NCBI GenBank assembly: GCA_965263275.1
Contig: OZ253668.1
Span: 705,220 to 769,219, forward strand
Source of the DNA: Thermodesulfobacteriota bacterium
Lineage (GTDB): Bacteria > Desulfobacterota_D > UBA1144 > Nemesobacterales > Nemesobacteraceae
DNA length: 64,000 bases
Reading direction: 5' to 3'
The notes under the pieces are model-generated. The model was not told the DNA's origin, did not search any database, and saw only the letters and a list, made by a program, of their open reading frames with translations. The translations under genes were made by a program, and so were the position numbers. This document shows, one piece after another, positions 52,487-63,557 of the stretch (positions are counted from its first letter, which is position 1; the number at the start of each line of letters is the position of its first letter).

Positions 52487-53356
52487 TCATTTATTGAACG
52501 TTATTGTCCTGTTTTCGTAAATCAGAACCTCTCGGTTGATATGGGACCAGATAGCGTTTGAGAGAACTCGTTTTTCAAGATCCTGGCCTTTTCTGATGAG
52601 GTCTTTAACCGAATCATCATAATTAACCTTTATCACATCCTGCTCTATTATGGGCCCGGAATCAAGTTCCTCGGTTATGTAATGAGAAGTGGCTCCGACG
52701 ATCTTGACCCCTCTTTTGTAGGCATTGTGATAGGGACGCGCTCCAGGAAAGGCAGGAAGGAAAGAATGGTGAATGTTGATTATCCTGTTTTTGTAGTGTG
52801 AGACAAAATTCCCGGTAAGTCTCTGCATGTACCTGGCAAGCACTATGAAATCCACTTTGTGGTCCGCGAGAAGTTCAAGCTGTCTGGCTTCCACTTCCTC
52901 TTTGTTCTTCTCTAGATCCCTGAACACTTCGAATTTTATGCCGTACCGGTCAGCAATAGGCTTGAGGTCAGGATGATTGCTTACAATGACGGGAACTTCC
53001 ACATTCCACTCCTTGACTCTTAACCTGTATATGATATCGGAGAGACAATGGGGGAGCTTGGAGACGAAAACCGCCATGCGTAGCGCTTTCCCGGTAAAAA
53101 ATATGTCGAATTTCGTGTTGAATTTTGAAGCTACTTCCTCTTGGAAACATCTGGAAGCTTCCTCTTTGGAAATGGAAAAATTCTCCATTCCCCACTTTAG
53201 ACGGACAAAGGTGACCATATCGTCCCTGTCCACACAGTGTTGCATTTCATGTATGTTACCGCCATGCTTGAATACGAAGTCGATTATTGCGCTGGTAAGA
53301 CCTGGGCGGTCAGGAGAATATGTAAGCAGTATTGCCTCTTCGGATTTTTCTGACAT
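52487..53356 (-). CDS. purU: Formyltetrahydrofolate deformylase, copy 2
   Basis: Same motifs; tandem paralog. Confidence 0.95.
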   Translation of the reverse strand: MSEKSEEAILLTYSPDRPGLTSAIIDFVFKHGGNIHEMQHCVDRDDMVTFVRLKWGMENFSISKEEASRCFQEEVASKFNTKFDIFFTGKALRMAVFVSKLPHCLSDIIYRLRVKEWNVEVPVIVSNHPDLKPIADRYGIKFEVFRDLEKNKEEVEARQLELLADHKVDFIVLARYMQRLTGNFVSHYKNRIINIHHSFLPAFPGARPYHNAYKRGVKIVGATSHYITEELDSGPIIEQDVIKVNYDDSVKDLIRKGQDLEKRVLSNAIWSHINREVLIYENRTITFNK

Positions 53357-53364
53357 GATCGGGA

Positions 53365-53847
53365 TCAAAGCTCCTTGTAGTAGTAGGTAAAGTTAGCGAC
53401 TTTCGGCCGTTCCGTCCAACCTTTTTTTCTGTAAAAGCCCCGCAGATAGGACGGCTTGTCCTTGCCGTTGGTCACCATCAGACGGTAGACATCCCTTTTT
53501 CTGCCTTCTTTCATGACCGCCTCGATAAGGCGGCTTCCCGCCCCCCTACCGCTTGCCGAAGGACTCACAAACAGGTCCGAAACATAGCCTTCATAGCTTC
53601 CGAGCATCACGAACGGTACCCAGTGAACAGTGGTGAAACCGACAACCCTTCCCCCTGAATCGCAGGCTACGTACATGGTGTGCCCTTCCGGATCTCCGCC
53701 GACTCCGAGTATCAGTTCCCGAATCGGAGACGACACCTCCTCAAGCGGAAGGGAATTCCTTTTTTCAGACCAGCCGATCTCCCTTAGTATCAGGGCCATC
53801 GCCTCTGCATCCTCTCCTGTGGCTTTTCTTACGGTGATTTTCTTCAA
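53365..53847 (-). CDS. GNAT-family acetyltransferase
   Basis: VRKATGED, LFVSPSASGRGAGSRL and FYRKKGW; start inferred at TTG 53847. Confidence 0.85.
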   Translation of the reverse strand: MKKITVRKATGEDAEAMALILREIGWSEKRNSLPLEEVSSPIRELILGVGGDPEGHTMYVACDSGGRVVGFTTVHWVPFVMLGSYEGYVSDLFVSPSASGRGAGSRLIEAVMKEGRKRDVYRLMVTNGKDKPSYLRGFYRKKGWTERPKVANFTYYYKEL

Positions 53848-53866
53848 AACTTTCCCTGCAAGATGA

Positions 53867-54643
53867 CTATTCTTTCTTTTTCCCCAGGGTTTCAAGCAGA
53901 GCGCCCAGGCTCTCCAAGACCCCCTGACTGCGCAGAATTCCCGGAAGCTCCCGGTCAAGCTCGGCGCAAGCTCCCTCCATGTTCGCCACGACCTCGCGGC
54001 GAAGAGCCCTTTTAGAAAAAGTGTAGCCGGGAATAAGCGACGGACCGTATTGTCCCGCGAACTCAATACAGTGAGAAAGAAGCTTGTCCGCTTCGCAGCT
54101 CTCATCGAAAAAGCCGAGCGCGACGGCATCGTGCGGTTCGTAAAGAAAACCTGTTGTAATGACCCGCTGCGCGGTCGCCGTCCCAAGCACGTAAAGCATG
54201 ATCTGCGCTATGGCCGAAGGAAGGGGAAAACCTATGGTGATTTCGTTAAGACCGAATCTTGCCCCTGAATCAACGCATACCCTGTAATCACAGCAAAGCG
54301 CGAGTATAAGCCCACCCGCTATGGCGTGACCGTTTACCGCAGCCACAACCGGTTTTTCATAATTAAAAACCCGGAGCAAAGCACCGCGAAAGCGCTTGTA
54401 CCACTGCCAGATCTCCTCCTCGTCTCCATTAGTGAAAAGCGAAAAATGGTATTTAAGGTCAAGACCCGCAGAAAAAGCTCTCTGAGAAGAGGTAAGCACC
54501 ACGGGGCTTTCTGCGTGATCGCTTTCAAGCGTCGCGAAAGCCTCTTCAAGATCGCTGAAGAAACCCTCGTTAATAACGTTCATAGGGTTTGAGTTCATGC
54601 GCATGATCGCGACGTCGCCTGTTCTTTCAATTTCCCAGCTCAT
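53867..54643 (-). CDS. Enoyl-CoA hydratase/isomerase
   Basis: FSAGLDL, NGHAIAGG and GLNE. Confidence 0.92.
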   Translation of the reverse strand: MSWEIERTGDVAIMRMNSNPMNVINEGFFSDLEEAFATLESDHAESPVVLTSSQRAFSAGLDLKYHFSLFTNGDEEEIWQWYKRFRGALLRVFNYEKPVVAAVNGHAIAGGLILALCCDYRVCVDSGARFGLNEITIGFPLPSAIAQIMLYVLGTATAQRVITTGFLYEPHDAVALGFFDESCEADKLLSHCIEFAGQYGPSLIPGYTFSKRALRREVVANMEGACAELDRELPGILRSQGVLESLGALLETLGKKKE

Positions 54644-54673
54644 AATATTTCTCCATTCGCGCGGAGGCGCAAA

Positions 54674-56392
54674 TTAAGCCACTTTGCCGCCCAACTGACG
54701 TTTCCATGAATCCCTCAGGGAAGCCGTTCTGTTAAAAACGGGCGCCCCGGGCACTGAATCAACGGAATCAAGTACGAAATATCCCTTCCTTTCAAACTGA
54801 TAGTTAATATCCCCGGCACAGTCCCCAAGAGCCGGTTCGGCCGCGCAGTTCTCAAGGACCCGCAGGGAATCCGGATTTAGAAACTCGGTAAAATCCTTTT
54901 GCTTGTCAGCCATCGGGTTGGGAACGGTAAAAAGTCTGTCATAGAGCCTGACGGTAACTTTTGAGACACTTTTCGCGCAGACCCAGTGTATAGTGCCTCT
55001 TACTTTCCTTCCGTCAGGCGCGGTCCCGCCTCTTGTGTCGGGATCGTATTCACAGTGAACCTCGGCTATCTCTCCGGTCTCCGGATCGCGCTCAAAGCCC
55101 ACGCACCTTACTATGTAGGCGTAACGCAGACGCACTTCGGAACCCGGAGAGAGCCTGTAGAACTTCTTCGGCGGGTCCTCCATGAAATCATCCCTTTCAA
55201 TGAAAAGCTCTCTTGAAAAAGGCACTTTTCTTTTTCCCATGGATGGGTCTTCCGGATTGTTTACCGCGTCGAGTTCCTCCTGGGTTCCTTCCGGGTAGTT
55301 GACTATCACGACTTTTATCGGGTCAAGTACCGCCATCACCCTTTGCGCCCTCTTGTTAAGATCTTCCCTGACGCTGTGCTCAAGAAGTTCCATGTCTATA
55401 ACGCTGTCCTGTTTCGTGATGCCTATCTTTCGACAGAAATCCTTTATCGACTCCGGCGTGTACCCTCTTCTGCGCAACCCCGAGATTGTAGGCATCCTGG
55501 GATCGTCCCAACCGCTTACGAATCCCTCGGAAACCAGCCTCATGAGATTTCTCTTGCTAAGAACCGTGTAACTGAGGTTAAGCCTCGCGAACTCTATCTG
55601 GCGGGAGTGGTATATGCCGAGCTGGGCGATAAACCAGTCGTAAAGAGGCCGGTGATCCTCAAACTCAAGAGTACAGAGCGAATGGGTGATGCCCTCAATG
55701 GAATCACTCTGTCCGTGCGCCCAGTCATACATCGGATAGATAGACCAGGAATCCGCGGTACGGGGATGAGACTTTCTCATTATCCGGTACATGACCGGGT
55801 CGCGCATGTTCATGTTGCCAGAAGACATGTCTATTTTCGCCCGCAGCACGTACTGTCCCTCGTCAAAATCCCCGCTTCTCATCGCCTGGAAGAGTCTTAG
55901 GTTCTCCTCAACTGATCTTTCCCTTGAAGAACTTTCCCTGCCGGGTTCCGAAAGAGTGCCCCGGTGCTCTCTTATTTCCTCCGCGCTCAGGTCATCCACG
56001 TAAGCTTTTCCCTCGCTAATGAGCCTCAGGGCGTATTGGTAGAGCTGCTCGAAATAGTCGGAGGCGTAATAAATTCTGTCTTCCCAGTCAAAACCAAGCC
56101 ACCTGACGTCCTCCTTTATGGCCTCTTCATACCTTATGTCTTCTTTTGAAGGATTGGTATCGTCAAAGCGAAGGTTGCACTCTCCGCCGAATTCCTCGGC
56201 GATACCGAAATTAAGGCATATGGATTTCGCGTGGCCGATATGCAGATATCCGTTGGGCTCAGGCGGAAAACGGGTAATGGGCTTTGCGATGCCGGACTGA
56301 AGATCGCTTCTTACCCTGGCCCTTATGAAATCTTCGGGCTCCGAATGTCCGTTGCTATCCGACTTCGGTTCCATGATTACGCGTGATGACAT
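54674..56392 (-). CDS. glnS: Glutamine-tRNA ligase
   Basis: [27 protein letters not shown] and QFERKGYF. Confidence 0.97.
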   Translation of the reverse strand: MSSRVIMEPKSDSNGHSEPEDFIRARVRSDLQSGIAKPITRFPPEPNGYLHIGHAKSICLNFGIAEEFGGECNLRFDDTNPSKEDIRYEEAIKEDVRWLGFDWEDRIYYASDYFEQLYQYALRLISEGKAYVDDLSAEEIREHRGTLSEPGRESSSRERSVEENLRLFQAMRSGDFDEGQYVLRAKIDMSSGNMNMRDPVMYRIMRKSHPRTADSWSIYPMYDWAHGQSDSIEGITHSLCTLEFEDHRPLYDWFIAQLGIYHSRQIEFARLNLSYTVLSKRNLMRLVSEGFVSGWDDPRMPTISGLRRRGYTPESIKDFCRKIGITKQDSVIDMELLEHSVREDLNKRAQRVMAVLDPIKVVIVNYPEGTQEELDAVNNPEDPSMGKRKVPFSRELFIERDDFMEDPPKKFYRLSPGSEVRLRYAYIVRCVGFERDPETGEIAEVHCEYDPDTRGGTAPDGRKVRGTIHWVCAKSVSKVTVRLYDRLFTVPNPMADKQKDFTEFLNPDSLRVLENCAAEPALGDCAGDINYQFERKGYFVLDSVDSVPGAPVFNRTASLRDSWKRQLGGKVA

Positions 56393-56447
56393 CCATCGAA
56401 CAAGGGTATGGAATTCCGGGCGTTTCCCCGCGGCGGGGAAAAACCCA

Positions 56448-57002
56448 CTATTTCCATTTTATGTTGCAACCGAGGCTCGGAATCTGCTCCCAGTCAATCG
56501 TTTCTCCTTCTATAATGGAGTCGAGTGCTTTTCGCATATCTTTTCCGGTAACCGGTTTTCCGTTTCCGGGTCTTGAGTCGTCAAACTGTCCCCTGTAAAC
56601 ACATCTCAGGTCCCGGTCATAAACGAAAAAGTCAGGGGTGCAGGCGGCGTCATAGACCCTGGCGACTTCCTGGGTCTCATCAAACAGGTAAGGAAACGAA
56701 TATCCCTTTTCCTCGGCGACTTCCCGCATTTTCTCGGGAGAATCGTCAGGGTAGTTCTCAACGTCGTTTGAATTTATCGCTATAAAGGAAACTCCTTTGG
56801 GAATGTATTCATCGGCAACTTCTACCAGTCCATCCTGCAGATGCTTTACGTAAGGACAGTGATTGCATATGAACATAAGCACCGTAGCCACGTCCGACTT
56901 AAGATCGCCAAGCGATAGCTCGCTGCCGCTTACGACATCCGGCAACCGAAAATCAGGAGCTTCGCTCCCCAAGGGAATCATAGTTGATGGAGTCTTAACC
57001 AT
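56448..57002 (-). CDS. AhpC/TSA-type thioredoxin-family protein
   Basis: [16 protein letters not shown] and GCNIKWK. Confidence 0.9.
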   Translation of the reverse strand: MVKTPSTMIPLGSEAPDFRLPDVVSGSELSLGDLKSDVATVLMFICNHCPYVKHLQDGLVEVADEYIPKGVSFIAINSNDVENYPDDSPEKMREVAEEKGYSFPYLFDETQEVARVYDAACTPDFFVYDRDLRCVYRGQFDDSRPGNGKPVTGKDMRKALDSIIEGETIDWEQIPSLGCNIKWK

Positions 57003-57027
57003 TTTTTATCTTCTCCGGGTTTCTAAG

Positions 57028-57438
57028 TTATTTGCCAGTGAAACCGATGCGCTTGTGCGAGCCGTCGCAAAACGGCTTGTTCTCAGAAGCCCCGCAGCGG
57101 CAAAGATAGTAAGGGTCATCCCCCGATAGCCCCAGATCATCCTCAACGCAAAGCTCAATATTTCCACAAACCTCATAGGGACCAGCCTCAAATGACCTTA
57201 TAACCGTATCCCCTTCCTTAGCGGGGGCAGAAGACTCGGCAGGGGAGAGACTGCTTTTAAAACCTGCGCCCTTGTGCGAGCCGTCGCAAAACGGCTTGTT
57301 CCCCGAAGCTCCGCAGCGGCAAAGAGCGATCTTCTTTTTTATCGCAACTTCTTCACCGCCTCCGCCTTCAAGCAACTGCAGGTCACTTACAATCAGCGGC
57401 CCGTCATCCATGACTTCTATTTTGGTCTTTTCACTCAT
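57028..57438 (-). CDS. Tandem CDGSH iron-sulfur domain protein
   Basis: Two LCRCGAS-NKPFCDGSH motifs. Confidence 0.93.
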   Translation of the reverse strand: MSEKTKIEVMDDGPLIVSDLQLLEGGGGEEVAIKKKIALCRCGASGNKPFCDGSHKGAGFKSSLSPAESSAPAKEGDTVIRSFEAGPYEVCGNIELCVEDDLGLSGDDPYYLCRCGASENKPFCDGSHKRIGFTGK

Positions 57439-57512
57439 ATCAAGCTCTTGATTAAAGCAATCCGCTACTGCCGGACAGTCACCGTTTGCGGTGCAGAAAC
57501 ACACTTCTGAGT

Positions 57513-58703
57513 CTACATTTTTTCAACAATCATTGCTATACCCATACCGCCTCCCATGCACAAAGAAACCATCCCGTATCCGCCGGGGCGAACGTTCTCA
57601 AATTCATGAAGAAGCTTCACAAGCAGTACCGCCCCCGTGGCCCCCACGGGATGCCCGAGAGCTATAGCTCCGCCGTTTACGTTTAACTTCTCCTTGGCAA
57701 TGGGAAAATCGCTGAGTACGGCCAGGGACTGAGCCGCAAAGGCCTCGTTGAGTTCAACCAGATCGATATCGTCAATTGCGAGCCCGGCTCTGTCGAGAGC
57801 CGCGCGCATTGCGGGAACCGGACCGATTCCCATGATCGAGGGATCAACGCCGGAGATTGCGTAGGATTTTATTGACGCAAGAGGGTTTAAGCCAAGCTTT
57901 TCCGCCTTGCTCTCAGACGTGACGATCAAAGCAGCGGCGCCATCGTTAATGCCCGAGGAATTAGCCGCCGTTACGGTACCGCCTTTCTTGAAAACCGGCC
58001 TTAACCCAGAGATCCGCTCAAGGGTCGCGTCAGACCTCGGGTGCTCGTCGGTGTCAAATTCAACGGGGGTCCTTCTGCCCTGGGGAACGGTCACCGGAAC
58101 GATCTGGGAGGTGAATTTCCCGTTCTCAATCGCAGCCTTGGCCTTCATCTGGCTTGAGTAAGCGAATTCGTCCTGCCGCTCCCTTGATATTTCATATTTT
58201 TCCGCGAGATTCTCTGCCGTAACGCCCATGTGGTAGTCGTTAAACGCATCCCAGAGCGCGTCACACAGCATTCCGTCTACAAGTTCATCTGAAGGTGTTG
58301 ACATCTTGTATCCCCACCTGGCCTTTCGCAGGTAGAATGGAGCCGCACTCATATTCTCCATCCCTCCCGCCACAACGCATTCGCAGTCACCTGACTTTAT
58401 GGCCTGGGCGGCACTTACGACGGATTGGAGGCCAGAACCGCAGACCCTGTTAATGGTGATAGCGGGGGTTTCGACTCTTAACCCCGAATTAATCGATACC
58501 TGCCTCGCGGGATTCTGCCCCAGCCCCGCCCCGAGTATGTTGCCCATTACGCAGTCATCTATCTGTTCGGGCGGTACGGACGTTCTGTTTATAATCTCCT
58601 TGACGACCGTCGTTCCGAGATCGATCGCGGAGACATCCTTAAGCGTTCCCCCGAATGTCCCTATCGCGGTTCTAAGCGGCTCTGAAAGCACGACTTTTTC
58701 CAT
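57513..58703 (-). CDS. Acetyl-CoA C-acetyltransferase (thiolase)
   Basis: NRVCGSG, NEAF, GHPVGATG and CMGGG. Confidence 0.96.
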   Translation of the reverse strand: MEKVVLSEPLRTAIGTFGGTLKDVSAIDLGTTVVKEIINRTSVPPEQIDDCVMGNILGAGLGQNPARQVSINSGLRVETPAITINRVCGSGLQSVVSAAQAIKSGDCECVVAGGMENMSAAPFYLRKARWGYKMSTPSDELVDGMLCDALWDAFNDYHMGVTAENLAEKYEISRERQDEFAYSSQMKAKAAIENGKFTSQIVPVTVPQGRRTPVEFDTDEHPRSDATLERISGLRPVFKKGGTVTAANSSGINDGAAALIVTSESKAEKLGLNPLASIKSYAISGVDPSIMGIGPVPAMRAALDRAGLAIDDIDLVELNEAFAAQSLAVLSDFPIAKEKLNVNGGAIALGHPVGATGAVLLVKLLHEFENVRPGGYGMVSLCMGGGMGIAMIVEKM

Positions 58704-58705
58704 AA

Positions 58706-59488
58706 TTATTTTCCTTTAAACTCAGCCGTTCTCTTCTCGACAAACGCGCTCATTCCCTCTACCCTGTCATAGGAATCAAAACACTCGAGTCCCGTTTCCA
58801 TTTCATACGCAAGCGCATCGGAGAGCCCCATCTCGGATCCCTGGTTTATCGCCTTTTTTGCGTAACCGACGGCAAGCGGACTGTTGCTGGCTATCTGAGA
58901 GGCTATTTTCAAAGCCTCATCCATAAGTTCTTCCTGCTCAACCACCTTGTCCACAAGCCCAAGTGAAAGCGCTTCGGCGGCGGTAACCATCTCTCCGGTA
59001 AAAATCAGTTTCTTGGTTTTTCCGGGCCCTATGAGCCTGGTCGATCTCTGGGTTCCTCCCCAGCAGGGAAAAAGGCCTAGCTTGGTTTCGGGAAACCCCA
59101 CGCGGGCGTTTTCAGAAGCGACCCTTATATCGCATGAAAGCGCGAGTTCAAGCCCTCCCCCCAAGGCGTATCCGTTTATCGCGGCTATAACCGCAAAAGG
59201 CGCCCGCTCAAGATAGTCAAAGGCTCCTCTGCCGAGTACGCAGTAATCCTTGAATCCATCCGTCGTCATCTGACTCATCTGTTTTACGTCGGCCCCGGCG
59301 ACAAAAGCTTTTTTCCCGGCTCCGGTGACAACCACTACTTTTATGTTCTCTGCGGGCAGCTGCTCGGTTACAAATTTATGGAACTGCCGTATAGTGTCAG
59401 GGCTTAGGACATTCATAGACCTCTGCTTGTTAATCGTCAGTACGCCTACGCCGTTATCAACCTTCTCAAATAAAAGATCCTCGTACAT
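58706..59488 (-). CDS. crt: Crotonase / enoyl-CoA hydratase
   Basis: AFVAGAD, NGYALGGGLE and PETKLG. Confidence 0.88.
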   Translation of the reverse strand: MYEDLLFEKVDNGVGVLTINKQRSMNVLSPDTIRQFHKFVTEQLPAENIKVVVVTGAGKKAFVAGADVKQMSQMTTDGFKDYCVLGRGAFDYLERAPFAVIAAINGYALGGGLELALSCDIRVASENARVGFPETKLGLFPCWGGTQRSTRLIGPGKTKKLIFTGEMVTAAEALSLGLVDKVVEQEELMDEALKIASQIASNSPLAVGYAKKAINQGSEMGLSDALAYEMETGLECFDSYDRVEGMSAFVEKRTAEFKGK

Positions 59489-59499
59489 CTGTACCTCCT

Positions 59500-60366
59500 T
59501 TACCTTCTTCCATATTCAAAAAAACCCTTTCCTGTTTTTCTGCCCAGATTCCCCGCCCTTACCATTTCTTTAAGCAGTGGAGCGGGCCTGAATTTCGGAT
59601 CCCCGTGCTCAGCGTAGAGAACACTGAGTACGCTCAGAGTGACGTCAAGCCCTATGAGGTCCGCGAGCGCAAGAGGTCCTATGGGGTGATTCGCTCCGAG
59701 CTTCATAGCGTTATCGATCTCCGCGGCTGCGGCGATGCCTTCGTCAAGTACAAAGATTGCCTCGTTTATCATCGGCAGCAGAATCCTGTTTACAACGAAT
59801 CCCGACCTGTCTTTTGCCATAACCGGATGTTTATCGAGGCTGCGCGCGAATTCCATTGCCTGCTCAAGGGTCTCGGGGGATGTTTTCGCGGTATTGATCA
59901 CCTCGACCAGCTTCATTATCGGCGCGGGATTAAAGAAGTGGATTCCAAGAACTTTCTCGGGCCTTGATATGCTCATGGCAAGCTCGGTAACCGAGAGGGT
60001 CGAGGTGTTAGTGGCGATAATCGCGCTTTGTTCGGTGTTCTCCTCGATTTTAGAGAAAACCGCCTTTTTAAGGTCCATATCCTCGCTTGCGGCTTCAATC
60101 ACGATATCTGTGTCGCGAAAATCGGCGTAGTCTTCAGTTGCCTGGATTCTTGAGATAATCAGGGAGGCCTGCTCCTCGTCGATTTTGCCTCTGCGCGCAA
60201 GTCTCTTGAAGTTTTTCTCTATTTTCCCTATCGCCTCTTCCACAAGGCCTTTTTCAATATCCAGAAGAACGACGTTTTTTCCCGCAGAGGCGACAAGCTC
60301 GGCTATACCCGAGCCCATAGTGCCCGCACCCACGATACCTACAGTGTTTATGTTTGACTCAGACAT
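59500..60366 (-). CDS. hbd: 3-hydroxybutyryl-CoA dehydrogenase
   Basis: GAGTMGSG, HFFNP and HPIGPLALAD. Confidence 0.92.
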   Translation of the reverse strand: MSESNINTVGIVGAGTMGSGIAELVASAGKNVVLLDIEKGLVEEAIGKIEKNFKRLARRGKIDEEQASLIISRIQATEDYADFRDTDIVIEAASEDMDLKKAVFSKIEENTEQSAIIATNTSTLSVTELAMSISRPEKVLGIHFFNPAPIMKLVEVINTAKTSPETLEQAMEFARSLDKHPVMAKDRSGFVVNRILLPMINEAIFVLDEGIAAAAEIDNAMKLGANHPIGPLALADLIGLDVTLSVLSVLYAEHGDPKFRPAPLLKEMVRAGNLGRKTGKGFFEYGRR

Positions 60367-60414
60367 GCTTTTCCCTCGACTTACAAGTAATTACAAACTG
60401 GAAATTATACCACC

Positions 60415-61563
60415 CTACACCAACTCGGAAAGAACCTGCCTGGCAATGACGATCCTCTGTATCTCCGAGGTTCCCTCATATATCTCCGTTATCTTGGCGT
60501 CGCGGAAATATCGTTCCACCGGATAATCGGTCGTATACCCGTTTCCCCCGTGCACCTGAATGCCCTTGGTCGCCGCCCACATGGCGGTCTCCGAGGCGTA
60601 GAGCTTGGCCATGGAGGAGAGCTTCGTGTATTTCTCTCCGCGGTCTTTCATCAAAGCTGCCTTGTAGGTAAGCAGCCTTGCGGCCTCAATCCTAGTCGCC
60701 ATGTCGGCAAGTATGAACTGTATCGCCTGAAAACCGGAGATCTTCTCGCCAAAAGCTTCTCTCTCCCGGGAATACTGCGTCGAGGATTCAAGGGCCGCCT
60801 GGGCTATCCCCACGGCTTGGGCAGCAACCCCTATTCTTCCCGCATCAAGCGTTTTCATGGCAACCTTAAAACCCTCGCCCTCTTTACCGAGGAGCTGGTC
60901 CGCCGGAGCCTCGCAGTTCTCAAAAACAAGCTGCACTGTGCTCGTACCCTTTATTCCAAGCTTGCTCTCCGATTTTCCAATAGAGACCCCCGGGGCGTCA
61001 AGATCGATTATAAACGCCGTGATCCCCCCGCTTCGCTTCGATCTGTCGGTTCTTGCGAAAACCACGGCGACTTTCGCCTCGCGACCGTTTGTGATCCAGC
61101 TTTTCGTTCCGTTGAGAATATAGACCCCGTCTTTTTTAGCGGCGCTTGTCTTAAGGCTTGCAGCATCGGAACCCGACTCGGGTTCGCTGAGAGCAAAGCA
61201 TCCTATAGAGCCCCGGCTCATTTGCGGCAGATATCTTTCTTTCTGCTCCTCGGTGCCGAAATCAATAATCGGAGCGCACGCAAGGGAATTATGGGCCATA
61301 ACTATCGCCCCCGTTGAAGCGCAGGCCTTTGATATCTCCTCAAGCGCGATTACATATGAGAGATAATCAAGGCCGCTTCCGCCGTAGCGCTCCGGAACGA
61401 AATGCCCCATAAAGCCCAGATCGAACAGTTTTTTCACTATTTCCGAAGGAAAAGTGCAGGTTCTGTCGATTTCAGAGGCAACAGGCCTGATTTCTTTTTC
61501 GGCAAACTCAGAGGCGAGATTCTTGATTAAACGCTGCTCTTGTGTAAGAGTCGAAGCGAGCAT
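60415..61563 (-). CDS. Short-chain acyl-CoA (butyryl-CoA) dehydrogenase
   Basis: [19 protein letters not shown] and [10 protein letters not shown]. Confidence 0.93.
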   Translation of the reverse strand: MLASTLTQEQRLIKNLASEFAEKEIRPVASEIDRTCTFPSEIVKKLFDLGFMGHFVPERYGGSGLDYLSYVIALEEISKACASTGAIVMAHNSLACAPIIDFGTEEQKERYLPQMSRGSIGCFALSEPESGSDAASLKTSAAKKDGVYILNGTKSWITNGREAKVAVVFARTDRSKRSGGITAFIIDLDAPGVSIGKSESKLGIKGTSTVQLVFENCEAPADQLLGKEGEGFKVAMKTLDAGRIGVAAQAVGIAQAALESSTQYSREREAFGEKISGFQAIQFILADMATRIEAARLLTYKAALMKDRGEKYTKLSSMAKLYASETAMWAATKGIQVHGGNGYTTDYPVERYFRDAKITEIYEGTSEIQRIVIARQVLSELV

Positions 61564-61802
61564 GGTCCATAATTCCCCTTTCAGAATTTTCTAGATGCAG
61601 AAATTTTAATTCACCCCCCTCTAAAAGGCAAAAACGCCTGCATTCATTTCATTATCTTGCACTTGAAGCAGGCTTGCCAAAATTCCGGGTTTGAAAAAAC
61701 GGACCAAATTAATTCTGGCAAATAAAAGATTCTCTCAGTCCATTTGTGGGCACCATCCGCAACTCTTCTTCCGGACAATCAAGTTCCGTGTCTAAATACC
61801 GC

Positions 61803-61831
61803 TTGACATTGTTATAGACAATTGTACAATT
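61803..61831 (+). promoter_or_regulatory. Sigma70 promoter and palindromic operator of the TA operon
   Basis: TTGACA-N16-TACAAT; palindrome AATTGTACAATT (61820-61831) overlaps the -10. Confidence 0.65.
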
Positions 61832-61852
61832 CAATTCCAAGAGGTAACCGTA

Positions 61853-62251
61853 TTGGACATCGTAATCGACACGTCGGCAATTATCGCGGTTATTATAGGA
61901 GAACCGGAGAGAGACGTTATTGTCTCCGCTACGTCTGGGCAAGAACTTATCGGTCCCGGTTCCATACCATGGGAAGTGGGAAATGCTTTTACCGCAATGA
62001 TGAAACAGGGACGAATTGAAGTTGAGGAAGCCCGAAAAGGCCTACAGATTTTCGACCGCATCCCGCTGCGATACGTTCATATCAACATGGAAAACGTCGT
62101 GTCCATTGCAGCTAAATTTAACACATATGCATACGATGCGTATTTTCTGGATTGTGCCGTGCGGTATCGCGCGCCCTTGTTGACACTGGATCTTGCAATG
62201 AAAAACACGGCAGACGAACTCGGCATTAATCTCTTAAATGTGGAGGCATAA
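61853..62251 (+). CDS. vapC: VapC-family PIN toxin
   Basis: IDTSAI, EVGNA, YDAYFL and LLTLD acidic PIN residues. Confidence 0.92.
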   Translation: MDIVIDTSAIIAVIIGEPERDVIVSATSGQELIGPGSIPWEVGNAFTAMMKQGRIEVEEARKGLQIFDRIPLRYVHINMENVVSIAAKFNTYAYDAYFLDCAVRYRAPLLTLDLAMKNTADELGINLLNVEA

Positions 62252-62252
62252 G

Positions 62253-62483
62253 ATGGAAATCTATTCATACTCGGAAGCTAGACAAAAGCTATCTAGCGTT
62301 CTAGATAAAGCAGAGTCAACTGGAAAAGTATTGATACGTCGAAGAGACGGTAGGACATACGCGCTGGTGCCGGAACATGCAACCACTTCTCCTCTAGATG
62401 TTCCTTCTGTAAAAGCGAATATGTCTACCAAGGAAGTCATCTCGCTTATAAGGAGCGAGCGAGGCAGAACGAGAGGGCAATAA
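62253..62483 (+). CDS. Phd/YefM-family antitoxin
   Basis: YSEARQKLSSVLD...VLIRRRDG; GGAGG RBS. Confidence 0.88.
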   Translation: MEIYSYSEARQKLSSVLDKAESTGKVLIRRRDGRTYALVPEHATTSPLDVPSVKANMSTKEVISLIRSERGRTRGQ

Positions 62484-62689
62484 CCTCTCAAGAATTCACA
62501 GTAGACTGGAAAAATTCATGATTACGTTTTGAGTTAGCGTAATAGCGAGATCATGGAACTCATTAAGAGGATCAATGGATCTCTTAATAATCTGCGCGCC
62601 TTGCAATTCCCTTGAGCATCCGCCTGAAAATAAGCCAGTGGACTGGGTAAAGACCATACCAGTAGATAAGGCCGCCGAGGCTCTGGGCC

Positions 62690-63454
62690 TCACAGCACTC
62701 CCGGAATCACCGCTTTCCGTCCGGTCGGATAGTCCTCGAAACGTTCCCTGTACCACCGGTGGTGGGCGAGCGCCCTCGGAACCAGGTTGGCCGCAGTGTA
62801 GCTGAAGAACGCCAGCCCGCCGAGCGACCACGTCGCCAGGGCCCACCCGGCCCATTCCAGCAACTCCCCGAGATAGTTGGGGCATGAGACGTAGCGGAAA
62901 CCCCCGCCCCTGGGGATGGAATAGCTCGGCCCACCGGGCTCGCGCAGCCGCAGCAAGATGTTGTCGGAGTGGATGTTGAGGGCGAAACCGGTCGCGAAGA
63001 TGGCCAGCCCCGCCAGAAATCGTGGATCCGCAAGCCACGTTAGCCCATACTCACCGAAGTGCGAGATGAAGCGCGCGTTGACGTACGCGTTGACCACATT
63101 GAAGGCGAATCCGCTCCCCACGACCACAATCGGCATCTTCTTGCCCGCGGTGCGCGTGCGAAGCGGATAGACGAAGGTCCGGTTCAGGTAGTGACACTGC
63201 CAGATTCCCAGGAGGATGAGCGCAACCGGATCGCTGGCGGCCCTTCCCATGAGGTAGATGCCCGCGAAGAGGACCGTCGCTGGCAGCTCCATCACGATCC
63301 ATCCTGCCCGATTCGACATCTCCAGGCCCCAGCCGCGCCCCGAATAGTGGCGGCCGTAAGGCGCCTTGAGGTACAGCAGGCTTGCGAAGGTGAGGATCGC
63401 CATCGCGAACACCGCCCACACCAGCGCGCCGTGGAAGGCTGTTTCAGTCATCAC
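62690..63454 (-). CDS. 3-oxo-5-alpha-steroid 4-dehydrogenase (steroid 5-alpha-reductase-like)
   Basis: APYGR, WIVMELP, HYLNR, NIHSD, SCPNYLGELLEW and RALAHHRWY. Confidence 0.9.
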   Translation of the reverse strand: MMTETAFHGALVWAVFAMAILTFASLLYLKAPYGRHYSGRGWGLEMSNRAGWIVMELPATVLFAGIYLMGRAASDPVALILLGIWQCHYLNRTFVYPLRTRTAGKKMPIVVVGSGFAFNVVNAYVNARFISHFGEYGLTWLADPRFLAGLAIFATGFALNIHSDNILLRLREPGGPSYSIPRGGGFRYVSCPNYLGELLEWAGWALATWSLGGLAFFSYTAANLVPRALAHHRWYRERFEDYPTGRKAVIPGVL

Positions 63455-63467
63455 GGTGTCGTTTAGA

Positions 63468-63557
63468 TTCCTGCCATTTTGGCAGACCTATTCGTTGAAG
63501 GCCCCTTGGGGCCAAGCCACGGGCCTCTGGATGAGCAGTTTCCTGCCATTTTGGCAG
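63468..63557. repeat. 18-bp palindromic direct repeat, two copies
   Basis: TTCCTGCCATTTTGGCAG at 63468-63485 and 63540-63557. Confidence 0.85.

Noticed and set aside
63468-63557. Two CTGCC-N5-GGCAG stems as a mini I-F array
   Set aside because: No GTTCA start or CTTAGAAA handle, 72-bp rather than 60-bp period, and far from cas genes.
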